A DNA stretch of 45,226 nt from an uncultured Dechloromonas sp. (GCA_964293845.1 CAXYZX010000001.1:1-45226); one strand, 5' to 3'; positions 1-9,960 are shown, numbered from the stretch's first letter. The notes: generated by a model not told the origin, from the letters alone. Translations and numbers: made by a program.

Positions 1-372
1 GGAGAGCCGTTGAAACGACTCGAACAGGCCGTGGTGCCAAGGGTCGGAGAGATAGTTCCAGGCCGCAGAAAATGCCAGATTGGGTAGCGCCATGACGCGC
101 GCGTAGTACTCGCCAAAGGCCGGGCGCAGCAACATTTCGGGGTCAAAAATCTCATCTACCCCGTTGTCGATCAGGATGCGCGCCAGGCGGGCAGGGCTGA
201 TACCGTTGGCCAACGCCGCAGCAATCAGGCTGCCGGAACTGACGCCGACAAAAATATCGGCCTGACTGAATTCGAAACCATCAATGGCTTCGGAGAGCGC
301 GACGCTAGCGCCGATTTCGTAAATGCCACCGAGCGGACCGCCGCCCGCCAGCGCAATGCCAATTTTGGACAA
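1..372 (-). CDS. Patatin-like phospholipase family protein (5' part; runs off window start)
   Basis: Not in the ORF track because it is truncated. Read by hand from TTG at 372: MSKIGIALAGGGPLGGIYEIG...DIFVGVSSGSLIAAALANG, with a Gly-rich oxyanion loop and GxSxG nucleophile motif. GGGGGAGA RBS upstream; alternative in-frame ATG at 417. Confidence 0.85.
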   Translation of the reverse strand, partial: MSKIGIALAGGGPLGGIYEIGASVALSEAIDGFEFSQADIFVGVSSGSLIAAALANGISPARLARILIDNGVDEIFDPEMLLRPAFGEYYARVMALPNLAFSAAWNYLSDPWHHGLFESFQRLS

Positions 373-394
373 CCTGTCTCCCCCCAATGTGGCG

Positions 395-460
395 GATGCC
401 CGGTCATGGCCGGGCATCTCGTGGTCTGCCGTCCAGAGTTTCCGGGCACATGATGCCCGG
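395..460. repeat. Two related GC-rich hairpins between phasin and patatin genes
   Basis: GATGCCCGG-tcatgg-CCGGGCATC (395-418) and CCGGGCA-catga-TGCCCGG (442-460). Confidence 0.6.
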
Positions 461-469
461 TCTGCTCAC

Positions 470-1012
470 TTAGGCAGTAGTTGCTGGAGCAGCAGCGGGA
501 GCAACAGGTTCGCCTGACTTGGCAGCTGCACTTTTAGTGGCGCTTGGCTTCTTGGCCGGCGCGGCTTTGGGGGCAACAGCTTTGGCGGCAACTGGCGCAG
601 CCTTGCTAGCAACCGGCTTGGCAACGGCCCTGGGTGCAACTTCCTGACTTTCCGTCAGTTTTTGCACGACAGCGGTCAGTTCAGCAACGCGCTTGGACAG
701 CTTGTCGATATCCTTCTTGGTCGGTACGCCGAGGCTGGACAGCGAGCGGGCGACGCGGTCTTCAAAAACCTGCTCAAGACGATCCCACGTACCGGCTGCC
801 TTGCTGGCCACATTGGCCATTTTTTCATCGGCCACTTTGCGTGTTTGTTTCTGTATGGCCTCACCTTCTTTCACCAAAGCATCAAATACCTTGTTGCCTT
901 CTTCCTGGGCTTTGGAAAATGCGCCAAGGCCGGCCAGCCAGATTTGATGGGCGGATTCCTTGACGGTTTGGGTCAGTTGATTTTCTGACAGGGCTTTGAA
1001 TTTCTTGACCAT
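470..1012 (-). CDS. PHA granule-associated protein (PhaF/PhaI-type phasin) with Ala/Lys/Pro-rich tail
   Basis: IWLAGLGAF..AQEEG.K.FDALVKEG and WDRLEQVFEDRV..LGVPT..DI..L motifs; AAKP-like C-terminal tail; AAGGAG RBS. Confidence 0.9.
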   Translation of the reverse strand: MVKKFKALSENQLTQTVKESAHQIWLAGLGAFSKAQEEGNKVFDALVKEGEAIQKQTRKVADEKMANVASKAAGTWDRLEQVFEDRVARSLSSLGVPTKKDIDKLSKRVAELTAVVQKLTESQEVAPRAVAKPVASKAAPVAAKAVAPKAAPAKKPSATKSAAAKSGEPVAPAAAPATTA

Positions 1013-1163
1013 GATGTCGCTCCTTTATAGTGTGATTCGGTATGGCAGGCTTCTTGTCTGCCCTTGATCTCAGTGTAGGAGAATCGATTAGAGGAGGCAC
1101 ACTAATTTCGTAGGCTGGCTACTCTAAAATGTCCTTGATTCTTATAACTTTGAGGAGACACTC

Positions 1164-3155
1164 ATGCAATATTTCATTACCGGAGCATCCGGCTTTATCG
1201 GTCGGCGTCTGGTCAAAAAATTGCTGGCCCGTGAAGACAGTACGATCTATTTTCTGGTTCGCGCGGCAGAGAAGGAGTCGCTGGCAAACCTCTACGATTT
1301 CTGGGAATGTGATGCCAAGCGCGCGATCCCTGTTGTTGGTGACCTGACTGAGCCGCTGCTTGGGGTTGCTGCGGTCGACCGCAAAAAACTCGGGAAAAAA
1401 ACTACGCACTTTTTCCACCTTGCGGCCATCTATGATCTCTCGGCCGCTGCCGACATCCAGCTCAAGGTCAATGTTGAGGGCACGCGCAACACGGTCAAGT
1501 TTGCCGAGGAAATCGGTGCCAAACATTTTCATCTGTTCAGCTCGATTGCTTCGGCCGGCATGTTCGAAGGCCTCTTCCGCGAAGATATGTTCGAGGAAGC
1601 CGAGGGGCTGGATCACCCGTATTTCAAGACCAAGCACGACTCGGAAGGTATTGTTCGCCGCGAGTGCAGCATTCCCTGGCGCATCTACCGCCCGGCCATT
1701 GTTGTTGGTGATTCGCGCACTGGCGAAATGGACAAGATCGACGGCCCTTATTATTTCTTCAAACTGATTCAGAAGATGCGCAAGATGTTGCCGGCGTGGA
1801 TGCCGACCGTCGGCATCGAAGGCGGGCGGATCAACGTTGTTCCGGTCGATTTTCTGGTCAATGCCGTTGATCACATCGCCCATGCCAAGGGCGAGGACGG
1901 CAAGTGCTTCCATCTCGTTGATCCCATGCCGATGCGCGTCGGGGATTTGCTGAATACCTTTGCCCGTGCAGCCCACGCGCCGGAAATGACGATGCGTATT
2001 AACGCGGCGATCTTCAGTTTCATCCCGCGCCACATGCGCAAGGCACTGCTCGCCTTGACCCCGGTGCGGCGGATTCGCCAAGCTGTGATGAAAGACCTCG
2101 GTCTGCCAGACGACATGTTCCGCTTCGTTAACTACCCGACGCGTTTCGATTGCCGCGAGACAACCCGGGTTTTGAAGGGCACCGGCATCGTCGTCCCACC
2201 GTTGGAGAATTACGCCTGGCGGCTGTGGGATTACTGGGAGCGCAATCTTGATCCCGATCTGTTCATTGATCGCAGCCTGCGCGGCCAGGTGGAAGGCAAG
2301 GTGGTGCTGATCACCGGTGCTTCTTCCGGCATCGGCAAGGCCACGGCATGGAAGCTGGCTGAAGCGGGCGCCCATGTGGTGACCATCGCCCGCGACAAGG
2401 AACAACTGGATGAAGTGGTCGCCGAGTTCGCTGCGGCTGGCCTCAAACTGCATGCCTATGTTGGTGATCTGGCCGATATGGCATCGGCAGATGCGGTAAC
2501 CCAGCAAGTGCTGGCCGAGCATGGTGTGGTTGACGTGCTGATCAATAATGCGGGTCGCTCGATTCGCCGCGCCATTGAAAACTCCTTTGAGCGCTTCCAC
2601 GATTTCGAGCGCACCATGCAACTCAATTACTTTGGTTCATTGAAGGTCACGATGGGCGTGCTGCCTCGGATGATTGCCCAGAAACGCGGGCATATCATCA
2701 ATATTTCATCGATAGGTGTACTGACCAATGCGCCGCGCTTTTCGGCCTACGTTGCATCGAAATCGGCCCTGGATGCGTGGACGCGCTGTGCTGCTTCCGA
2801 GTTTGCTGACCGCGGCATCAACTTCACGACGATCAACATGCCGCTGGTCAAGACTCCGATGATTGCGCCGACCAAGATCTATGATCAGGTGCCGACGCTG
2901 ACCCCGGAAGAGGCGGCGGCGCTAATCTGCGATGCAGTCATCCACAAGCAGGTACGCGTTGCAACGCGTCTTGGCATCACCGGTCAGGTGCTGCATGCGC
3001 TGGTGCCGCGTGTGGCTCAAATCATCATGAATACCACCTTCCGCATGTTCCCCGACTCCAGCGCCGCCAAGGAAAAGAAGGCTGGCATGTTGCCGGAAAT
3101 GCCATCAGCCGATCAGGTTGCCTTCCAGCAGTTCATGCGCGGGATTTATTTCTGA
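1164..3155 (+). CDS. Two-domain SDR oxidoreductase, fatty acyl-CoA reductase (Marinobacter Maqu_2507-type)
   Basis: N-terminal extended SDR (TGASGFIG, YFKTK) fused to a classical SDR (TGASSGIG, NNAGRSIRR, YVASK) resembling Acinetobacter Acr1; length and motifs match my recollection of Maqu_2507; GAGGAG RBS. Confidence 0.85.
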   Translation: MQYFITGASGFIGRRLVKKLLAREDSTIYFLVRAAEKESLANLYDFWECDAKRAIPVVGDLTEPLLGVAAVDRKKLGKKTTHFFHLAAIYDLSAAADIQLKVNVEGTRNTVKFAEEIGAKHFHLFSSIASAGMFEGLFREDMFEEAEGLDHPYFKTKHDSEGIVRRECSIPWRIYRPAIVVGDSRTGEMDKIDGPYYFFKLIQKMRKMLPAWMPTVGIEGGRINVVPVDFLVNAVDHIAHAKGEDGKCFHLVDPMPMRVGDLLNTFARAAHAPEMTMRINAAIFSFIPRHMRKALLALTPVRRIRQAVMKDLGLPDDMFRFVNYPTRFDCRETTRVLKGTGIVVPPLENYAWRLWDYWERNLDPDLFIDRSLRGQVEGKVVLITGASSGIGKATAWKLAEAGAHVVTIARDKEQLDEVVAEFAAAGLKLHAYVGDLADMASADAVTQQVLAEHGVVDVLINNAGRSIRRAIENSFERFHDFERTMQLNYFGSLKVTMGVLPRMIAQKRGHIINISSIGVLTNAPRFSAYVASKSALDAWTRCAASEFADRGINFTTINMPLVKTPMIAPTKIYDQVPTLTPEEAAALICDAVIHKQVRVATRLGITGQVLHALVPRVAQIIMNTTFRMFPDSSAAKEKKAGMLPEMPSADQVAFQQFMRGIYF

Positions 3156-3622
3156 TGGCTACTCATCTTAAAGCCGGTGATCCGGCCCCCGATTTTTCCG
3201 CCCTGGCGACGGATGGCAGCACCATCCGTCTTGCCGATTTTCGGGGCAAGAAACTGGTGATGTATTTCTACCCAATGGATGACACGCCGGGCTGCACCAA
3301 GCAGGCGTGCAGTCTGCGCGATGCCAGCGCCGAAATCACGGCACGCGGTGCGGCAATTCTTGGCGTCTCGGCGCAGGGTGAGGCGTCACACCAGCGTTTT
3401 ACCGAAAAATTCCAACTCAATTTCCCCTTGCTCGCCGATAGCGATCTGGCGATTGCCAAAGCCTATGGCGTCGCCGGTTCGGGGCTTGGCGGATTATTGC
3501 GTGGTCTGGTCAAGGTCAGCGAACGGGTGACCTTCGTGATTGACGAGCAGGGCCGGGTGGCCCATGTCATCAACGACCCGAATTGCCCGGATCATGGGGA
3601 AGAGGTATTGGGGTTGTTGTAA
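3155..3622 (+). CDS. bcp: Peroxiredoxin, BCP/PrxQ family
   Basis: YFYPMDDTPGCTKQAC (PxxxTxxC with CxxxxC); start overlaps the upstream stop (TGATG). Confidence 0.9.
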   Translation: MATHLKAGDPAPDFSALATDGSTIRLADFRGKKLVMYFYPMDDTPGCTKQACSLRDASAEITARGAAILGVSAQGEASHQRFTEKFQLNFPLLADSDLAIAKAYGVAGSGLGGLLRGLVKVSERVTFVIDEQGRVAHVINDPNCPDHGEEVLGLL

Positions 3623-3629
3623 GGTAAAG

Positions 3630-4919
3630 CTAGTTGATGCGCTGCTCTATGCTGGCAAACAGGGCATCGTAGATATCGATCAATGCTTCGCGGTCGGCGC
3701 TGCCTTTTACCCAGGAGCGGGTGCTGGCGATTTCGACAACCCGCTTTTCCATCTCGGAAAGGCTGTCGAGCGACACAGCTTCGCCGTGCAGGATGGCGCT
3801 GGCATCAGCGCGGGCACGTTGGGCGGTAGCGACCAGGTTCATTGAGGCTTCCATGGACTCCACCCCATTGCCAATCTGGGCCGAGTATTCACCGACCTGA
3901 GTAGCGGAGGAGGCGGACTCAGAGAGTTGGTGACCAAATTCACCGGCAGTATTTCGAGCGCTGGAAACCGAATGGTTTAATTCGCTGATTTGGGTGATGC
4001 TGGTTTCCATTGCAACACTCATCGCCAGAATGGCGGTGGCGATTTCCTTGGCAGAACGTTGCGACTGATCGGCCAGTTTGCGAACTTCATCGGCAACGAC
4101 GGCGAATCCGCGTCCGGCCTCGCCGGCACGGGCTGCTTCAATCGCCGCGTTGAGTGCCAACAGGTTGGTCTGCTTGGCGATGCCATCGATCTGCCCGGTC
4201 AGCGTGCGAATGACATCTGCCTTGGCACCCAACTCATTCAGTGCCTGCGTGCCACTTTCGGCCGATGCCTGGGCCACGCCAAGGGCTACCGACATACGTT
4301 CGGCGGCATCCGACATGGCGCTGGCCGAGGTCGAAAAGATACCTGATAGTTCGGCCGACTGCCGGGCGTTGCTGCCGACTTCAGTCAGTGTTTGGCTGAC
4401 ATGGGCGATGGCCATCGACAGACCGCGTTCCGAGCGAAGAAAAATACGTGAGAGGAGCGCTTCCAGCGCAACTGATTCCTGCGCCGCATTGACCTCATCA
4501 AGAAGAACCTGGGCCTTGTCGAGTACATCCTTGTAGGTGCCGTGCAGGCCTGCGCTTTGCAAGCGGCGCCAATTCTGGTTGTTCGAACTGGCCTGCATGC
4601 CACCAAGCATTTCGCGGAAGGTGGTTTCCGTTTGATCAAGGGACGAGTTCAGATTGATACGGATTGTTTCCAGCGTTGGTTCGGAGAAAGCATGTGGCAA
4701 TCGTGAAACGAGTTCCCCTTCGCTAACTTTACGCAGGATGCCGTTCAATTCGGCGGTGGGCGTGGAGGCCGTCGCCGATCCGGAAGAAGCAATCAAGGCG
4801 ATGGCGATCAGCAGAAAGGGTGCGGCTGCCCATGGGTTCCAGAAAGCCGCGCCAAAACCGGCAGCGATCAGTGGAATGCTCAGCCAGCGACGGTTAAAGC
4901 GCAAAGACGAGTTGCTCAT
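3630..4919 (-). CDS. Methyl-accepting chemotaxis protein (CetA-like signalling half)
   Basis: [37 protein letters not shown] signalling hairpin; N-terminal two-helix membrane hairpin without a periplasmic sensor. Confidence 0.9.
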   Translation of the reverse strand: MSNSSLRFNRRWLSIPLIAAGFGAAFWNPWAAAPFLLIAIALIASSGSATASTPTAELNGILRKVSEGELVSRLPHAFSEPTLETIRINLNSSLDQTETTFREMLGGMQASSNNQNWRRLQSAGLHGTYKDVLDKAQVLLDEVNAAQESVALEALLSRIFLRSERGLSMAIAHVSQTLTEVGSNARQSAELSGIFSTSASAMSDAAERMSVALGVAQASAESGTQALNELGAKADVIRTLTGQIDGIAKQTNLLALNAAIEAARAGEAGRGFAVVADEVRKLADQSQRSAKEIATAILAMSVAMETSITQISELNHSVSSARNTAGEFGHQLSESASSATQVGEYSAQIGNGVESMEASMNLVATAQRARADASAILHGEAVSLDSLSEMEKRVVEIASTRSWVKGSADREALIDIYDALFASIEQRIN

Positions 4920-5412
4920 AGCCTAATCCTGTCTGTTTCATGACATCAACCAGCACCTGAGTGCCGGCAGCAATGGCGTCGCGGGCACCGGCTGATTTTT
5001 CTGCCTGCAGCATCTGGCGATAGACCGGCTCGATTTTTTCAAGGGCGGAACGTTTGGGGCAGCGCCTGACTGAGGTATAGCCAACAATGCTGCCGTTGCT
5101 GCCAATGTCCGGTGAAATATGGGTGAAAACCCAGTAAAAACCACCATCCTTGGACATGTTTTTGACGTAGGCAAAGAATTCCTTACCTGAGCTTATGGTG
5201 TCCCAGGCCAGTTTGAACGCTGCGCGCGGCATGTCAGGGTGACGGATGATGTTGTGCTGTGAGCCGATCAACTCGGCCTCGGTATACCCGGAAAACTCGA
5301 TAAAAATCGGGTTGCCGTAGGTGATGATGCCCTTGGGGTTGGTTTTGGAAACAATGAAATCGTTTTCCCGCATCAGGCGTTCACTGCTGCTTGGCGTGAT
5401 TCCGCGTTTCAT
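4894..5412 (-). CDS. Stand-alone Aer-type PAS domain protein (CetB-like)
   Basis: [16 protein letters not shown]...SGY...[26 protein letters not shown] and YTSVR are Aer FAD-PAS motifs. Confidence 0.9.
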   Translation of the reverse strand: MKRGITPSSSERLMRENDFIVSKTNPKGIITYGNPIFIEFSGYTEAELIGSQHNIIRHPDMPRAAFKLAWDTISSGKEFFAYVKNMSKDGGFYWVFTHISPDIGSNGSIVGYTSVRRCPKRSALEKIEPVYRQMLQAEKSAGARDAIAAGTQVLVDVMKQTGLGYEQLVFAL

Positions 5413-5445
5413 GGGCTAACCCCCTACCGAATATTTCATCCCATT

Positions 5446-6333
5446 CTAGCGCTGACCAGCATTAGCGCAACATTCCAATACGACTTTCGTTGTGGCTGCG
5501 GAGTAGAGCACGGCAAGATGGCCGATACCGGGCAATTCGATATCTTCAGCTCCTGGAAGTCGTTGGTAGTCCTGCGGCATGACATAGTTGTCGTGCGGGG
5601 TGCGGATGGAGATAAAGGGGATGGCAACCGGCTCAGCGGCCAGATCGCGTAACCAGAGTGATCCGGGTTCCATTTCACGGGCATTCTGACCGAGTCCGAT
5701 GCGCGCCAGTTCGCTGCCTTGGTGGGGCGACGCGATAGTTATCAGGCGCTTTGCCTGGGCGATGCCATGGCGCGAGAGGTAAGAGCGGCAAACCAGCCCG
5801 CCCATGCTGTGGGCGACCAGGATCACCTGTTGCGCCTCACAGGCAGTACAGACCTGATCAATGCGCGCTTTAAGTTGTGGCACCAGTTTGCCGACACTGG
5901 TGTAAGGCGGAATCAGGCTGATACTGGCAACCGTGTGGCCGGCCGCTTCCAGGTCGCGGCGCAGCTTCCACCAGACCCCCCGGCTACAGCCATAACCGTG
6001 AACCAGGAGGATGGGTGTGCGGCAGGGGCGCAAACGATCAGCCGGCATCCACAAGCGTTCGAAGGGGATGACCAGAACGAAGGTGAGGATAAAGGCCAGG
6101 TATTCGCCAACGATCATGCCCAGTGTCTGCCCAGGCGAAAGCCGGGGGGCTGGTGAAGGGTAAGAAAAAGCGAAAGCCCAGGTAATGGCGACGATGCCGG
6201 CACGCAAGCCCAGCATGGCACCGATTGCCGCAAAACCAGCGATGGGCCAGGGCGTTTGTAGCCAGTAATGGGCCAGCGCAGCGTAGCCGGATAGTTCCAG
6301 CAGTAGCCAGATCAATAGTGTGATGGGAACCAT
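5446..6333 (-). CDS. Membrane-anchored alpha/beta hydrolase (lipase/esterase)
   Basis: Hydrophobic N-terminal segments; LLVHGY oxyanion motif, AHSMGG nucleophile elbow, C-terminal GH. Confidence 0.85.
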   Translation of the reverse strand: MVPITLLIWLLLELSGYAALAHYWLQTPWPIAGFAAIGAMLGLRAGIVAITWAFAFSYPSPAPRLSPGQTLGMIVGEYLAFILTFVLVIPFERLWMPADRLRPCRTPILLVHGYGCSRGVWWKLRRDLEAAGHTVASISLIPPYTSVGKLVPQLKARIDQVCTACEAQQVILVAHSMGGLVCRSYLSRHGIAQAKRLITIASPHQGSELARIGLGQNAREMEPGSLWLRDLAAEPVAIPFISIRTPHDNYVMPQDYQRLPGAEDIELPGIGHLAVLYSAATTKVVLECCANAGQR

Positions 6334-6338
6334 AAATT

Positions 6339-7949
6339 TCAGCTGGGGGCGGCTTGCGGCTTGCCAGTTAATGCGGTGGCCAGCATTGTCGCATTGCGAG
6401 CGATCAAACCATAGATCGAAAGTTGGGGATTGGCGCCGATGCTGGTTGGGAAGACCGAGCCATCATGAATTGACAGATTGCTGATCTGGAAGTGGCGTCC
6501 ACTATCGTCTACGACACCGTGTTCGGGAGCGTCAGCCATGGCGCAACCACCCATGACGTGCGCGCTGACCACACGACAGAGCAGCGGGGCGAGGGGCAGC
6601 TCGGCGAGGCCTTTTTTGGCTGCCGCCCAGCTGGTGTAGCCGCTGCTTGCTTCATGGACTGGTGTTACCCATAGTGCGCCGGCGGCGAACTGGATTTCCG
6701 CCATCGCCAGCAGGGCGCGCCGTGCCGCTTCCCAGAAGGTGTCGTTGAGTTTGTAGTCGAGCAGTGGCGAGCCATCACCACGCAACTTGACCTGCCCGCC
6801 GCTGCTTTGCGGGTGGAACCCATCGCGCAGCAAAGCGAGAATTGTCTGGCTGTGCGCAAAATCCTTCATCAGGCGGGCATGGGCTTCGCCATAGCCGTGC
6901 AGCGTCGTCGAGAAGAGGACAGGGTGCAGTGGTGGGACTTCCAATTTGAAGCCCAGCGGGCCGTCGACCGCAACATTTTCCAGGAAGTGGTCGGAATAGA
7001 TTGATTGCGGTGCACCGGCATAGGCATTGACTGCTTGCTCGAATAATCCGGAGGAAACCAGGGTCGGATGCAGAAAGGTCCGCCGTCCCAGGTGTTCATG
7101 CGGATCAGTGGCTTGGCTGCGCAGGAGAATGGCCGGGCTGTTGATGGCACCGCCAGCCAGTACATAGTGGCTGGCCTTGACGGTGACAAGCACGCTACTA
7201 GGATTCAGACCGTCGTCCTGCAAGGCGCGGGCAACCAAAGTGCTCACCTGCTTGCCGGAAAACTCCAGGCGCTCGACGCGTAAACGCGATAGCAGTTTGG
7301 CACCAAGATAGAGTGCATTGGGGATGGTGGTGAGCAGCATCGACTGTTTGGCATTGGTCGGGCAGCCCATGCCGCAGTAACCGAGGTTCCAGCATTTTTT
7401 GACGTTACGCGGAATGACGGCGACCGGGATGCCCAGCTTGTTGGCACCGCGTGCCATGATCGCGTTGTTCTCGTTCGGCGGCCGATCCCAATAGCTGACG
7501 TTCAGTCGGCGTTCCATCATCTCGAACCACGGCGCCATGGCTTCAACGCTGAGTGCCTTGAGTCCGTGGGCACTTTGCCACCAATTGAGCGTTGCCGACG
7601 GGGTACGGAAACTGCTGGTCCAGTTAACTGTTGTCGAACCACCGACGCAGCGCCCCTGAAGAATGTTGATTGCCTTGTCGGCCGTCTTGCGTGCGGCGGA
7701 TTCCTGGTAAAGCTGTGGGTAAGCCTCGGCTTCCTGCATGTGGAAATCGCTGCTGGTGCGCAGCGGGCCTTCTTCAATAATCAGCACCTTGAGGCCGGCG
7801 CGGGTCAGTAATTCAGCGGTGACGCCGCCGCCGGCACCGCTGCCGACGATGGCTACATCTGCCTCAAAATGAGTGTCAGCAGTCAGCGTGCTGGCATCGA
7901 CATGCTGCCAGCCACGCGCCAGGCCTTCGCGGAATGGGTCACGCATCAT
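6339..7949 (-). CDS. GMC family oxidoreductase (LaoA-like long-chain alcohol dehydrogenase)
   Basis: IVGSGAGGG FAD motif, GRCVGGSTTVN, CWNLGYCGMGCP, SAHVMGGC, GANPQ; start placed at ATG 7949, an ATGA overlap with the upstream gene. Confidence 0.85.
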   Translation of the reverse strand: MMRDPFREGLARGWQHVDASTLTADTHFEADVAIVGSGAGGGVTAELLTRAGLKVLIIEEGPLRTSSDFHMQEAEAYPQLYQESAARKTADKAINILQGRCVGGSTTVNWTSSFRTPSATLNWWQSAHGLKALSVEAMAPWFEMMERRLNVSYWDRPPNENNAIMARGANKLGIPVAVIPRNVKKCWNLGYCGMGCPTNAKQSMLLTTIPNALYLGAKLLSRLRVERLEFSGKQVSTLVARALQDDGLNPSSVLVTVKASHYVLAGGAINSPAILLRSQATDPHEHLGRRTFLHPTLVSSGLFEQAVNAYAGAPQSIYSDHFLENVAVDGPLGFKLEVPPLHPVLFSTTLHGYGEAHARLMKDFAHSQTILALLRDGFHPQSSGGQVKLRGDGSPLLDYKLNDTFWEAARRALLAMAEIQFAAGALWVTPVHEASSGYTSWAAAKKGLAELPLAPLLCRVVSAHVMGGCAMADAPEHGVVDDSGRHFQISNLSIHDGSVFPTSIGANPQLSIYGLIARNATMLATALTGKPQAAPS

Positions 7950-8431
7950 TGCACCTTGGGTGGGCCTGGATAGCCGATGGTCGCCCAAGTATCGGGGCGG
8001 GCATACCAGGCGCCGAAGATCAGGTCGTGGAGGGCGGCATAGCCGGATTTGAGCAGGTCAAAGCGGCTCAGACGCCAGTTTTCAAGGAATTTGCCTATCT
8101 CTTCCGGCTTGGCCTGGCCCCAGGGTGACCAGATGCCGGCGGCCAGCATGCGGGTTGGCGCAAAGGTGAGCAGGTCGAAGAGTTCGCCGATTTCCTTTTG
8201 TGTCGCTAGTGAAAGACCGGCAATCGCCTGGTCTACACCCGTGATGGTGCGCGTTATCAGTGTTTCCGCATGGGCTGCTTCGGTGGGCAAGGCTCCGGCC
8301 AAAACTACCGGAATCAGTGCCTTGAGCAGCGCGCTGCGCCCAGTGTTTTCCGCCAGCCGGCTGCAGGCAGCAAGATTCAACAAGAGGCCGCCAGCCAGCC
8401 CGGTCTTGAGAAACTGGCGGCGCGTAGTCAT
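7946..8431 (-). CDS. Twin-arginine (Tat) signal protein, probable lipoprotein (LaoB-like)
   Basis: MTTRRQFLK Tat motif, LAAC lipobox, C-terminal W..IGYPGPP; lies between ALDH and GMC genes. Confidence 0.8.
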   Translation of the reverse strand: MTTRRQFLKTGLAGGLLLNLAACSRLAENTGRSALLKALIPVVLAGALPTEAAHAETLITRTITGVDQAIAGLSLATQKEIGELFDLLTFAPTRMLAAGIWSPWGQAKPEEIGKFLENWRLSRFDLLKSGYAALHDLIFGAWYARPDTWATIGYPGPPKVQ

Positions 8432-9870
8432 CGCAGCAGTACCTTGAGCAGTCGTTCAAACAGGGCACCGTAGGGCGGGTTGAATAGCCCCATGCCGTTG
8501 ATTCGCGACTGATAAAAGACTGGTTTTAGCTTGGAGAAGGTCAGGAAGCCCTCGTGACCGTGGTAGTGCCCCATGCCACTTGCTCCAATGCCGCCAAAGG
8601 GCAGATTGTCCTGGGCAATGTGCAGGATGGTGTCGTTGATCGTGACGCCACCGGCGACGGTGTTATCCAGAATCTGCTCAATGCGGATCTTGTCATGATC
8701 AAAGAGATAGAGTGCTAGTGGCCGCTCATGGGCGTTGATGTAGATCAGCGCATCCTCGATACGCTGGTAGGTCATGATCGGTAGCAGTGGGCCGAAAATT
8801 TCGTCCTGCATGATCAGCATGCTGTCGTCGGGTTGCACAACCAGCGTCGGGGCGAGGCGCTGCGGACCGCCATCCTTGCCTGGCACCTCGGCGAGCGGGA
8901 TGATCTGTGCACCTTTCGCCGCTGCATCAGCCAGATAGCTGCGCAAGCGGCTCGCGTGGCGGGTGTTGACGACGGCGCTGTAGTCAGGATTCTGCGCCAG
9001 ATCCGGATAGCTGGCGGCGACCACGGCACGGGCGGCTGCAATAAAATCGTTTTCCTGGCCGGCCGGCAGAAAGACGTAATCTGGAGCAATACAGGTTTGG
9101 CCGGCATTCAGGCACTTGCCCGCCATGATGCGTGCCGCCGCTTTGGCCATTGGGTAATCGGGGGCGATGATGGCGGGCGATTTGCCGCCGAGTTCAAGTG
9201 TGACCGGGGTCAGGTTTTCGGCAGCGGCACGCATGACGTGGCGACCGACGGAGGTGGAGCCGGTGAATAACAGGTGGTCAAACGGCAATTCCGAAAAACG
9301 CTGGGCTAATTCGTGATCACCACCGATTACGGCCAGTTCCTCTGGCGCAAAATATCGGGCGGCAAGTTCGGCGAACAAAGTTGCGGTCGACGGCGTAAAT
9401 TCCGACATTTTTATCAAGGCCCGGTTGCCGGCGGAGAAAGCGGCGGTGAGTGGGCCGATGGCGAGGAAAAGCGGATAGTTCCAGGGGGTAACGATGCCCA
9501 CACAACCGAGTGCTTGCGGACGAACTTCGGCACGTCCCGGCTGGAACCATAAAGATACTGGCCTGCGTTGCGGCTTCATCCAGCATTTCAGCTGTTTGCG
9601 AGCGTGACGGATACCTTCCAGACTGGGGAAAATTTCCAGTAAGCGGGTTTCGTGGGTCGAGCGATGGCCAAAATCTTCGGAAATAGCGCGACACAAGGCT
9701 AACTGGTTGTCCTCCAGCAAGGCCTCAAGTTTGCTCAGGCGTTGCTGGCGAATGCTCAGTGATGGCGACAGATCGCTGCGGCTGGCCCCTCGTATCCTTG
9801 CAAAAGCTTCACTCAGTCGGAGGCCATCGGTGATCAGTGGGGAGGTCTTGCTCATCCGCAATTCCAGCAT
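8428..9870 (-). CDS. Aldehyde dehydrogenase, coniferyl-aldehyde dehydrogenase family (LaoC-like)
   Basis: PWNYP, FTGST.VG, LELGGKSP, NAGQTC and EIFGP motifs; start could be 9855. Confidence 0.9.
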   Translation of the reverse strand: MLELRMSKTSPLITDGLRLSEAFARIRGASRSDLSPSLSIRQQRLSKLEALLEDNQLALCRAISEDFGHRSTHETRLLEIFPSLEGIRHARKQLKCWMKPQRRPVSLWFQPGRAEVRPQALGCVGIVTPWNYPLFLAIGPLTAAFSAGNRALIKMSEFTPSTATLFAELAARYFAPEELAVIGGDHELAQRFSELPFDHLLFTGSTSVGRHVMRAAAENLTPVTLELGGKSPAIIAPDYPMAKAAARIMAGKCLNAGQTCIAPDYVFLPAGQENDFIAAARAVVAASYPDLAQNPDYSAVVNTRHASRLRSYLADAAAKGAQIIPLAEVPGKDGGPQRLAPTLVVQPDDSMLIMQDEIFGPLLPIMTYQRIEDALIYINAHERPLALYLFDHDKIRIEQILDNTVAGGVTINDTILHIAQDNLPFGGIGASGMGHYHGHEGFLTFSKLKPVFYQSRINGMGLFNPPYGALFERLLKVLLR

Positions 9871-9960
9871 GAAGGGATAATTTCAGTGTAGTTTGGGCAA
9901 TCGGGAGACGTTAGGCAAAAGCTACTAAACGCTGTATGTCGGCTTCTTCATAATGCTCCT

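Noticed and set aside
225-449. 74-aa ORF from the track
   Set aside because: Wrong frame; the patatin motifs lie in another minus-strand frame that runs off the window edge
480-640. Low-complexity repeats in the phasin 3' region
   Set aside because: Explained by the Ala/Lys/Pro-rich tail typical of PhaF-like phasins
1119-2621. 500-aa antisense ORF opposite the fatty acyl-CoA reductase
   Set aside because: Shadow ORF in register with the real gene, as expected from GC-biased codon usage; no recognisable motifs
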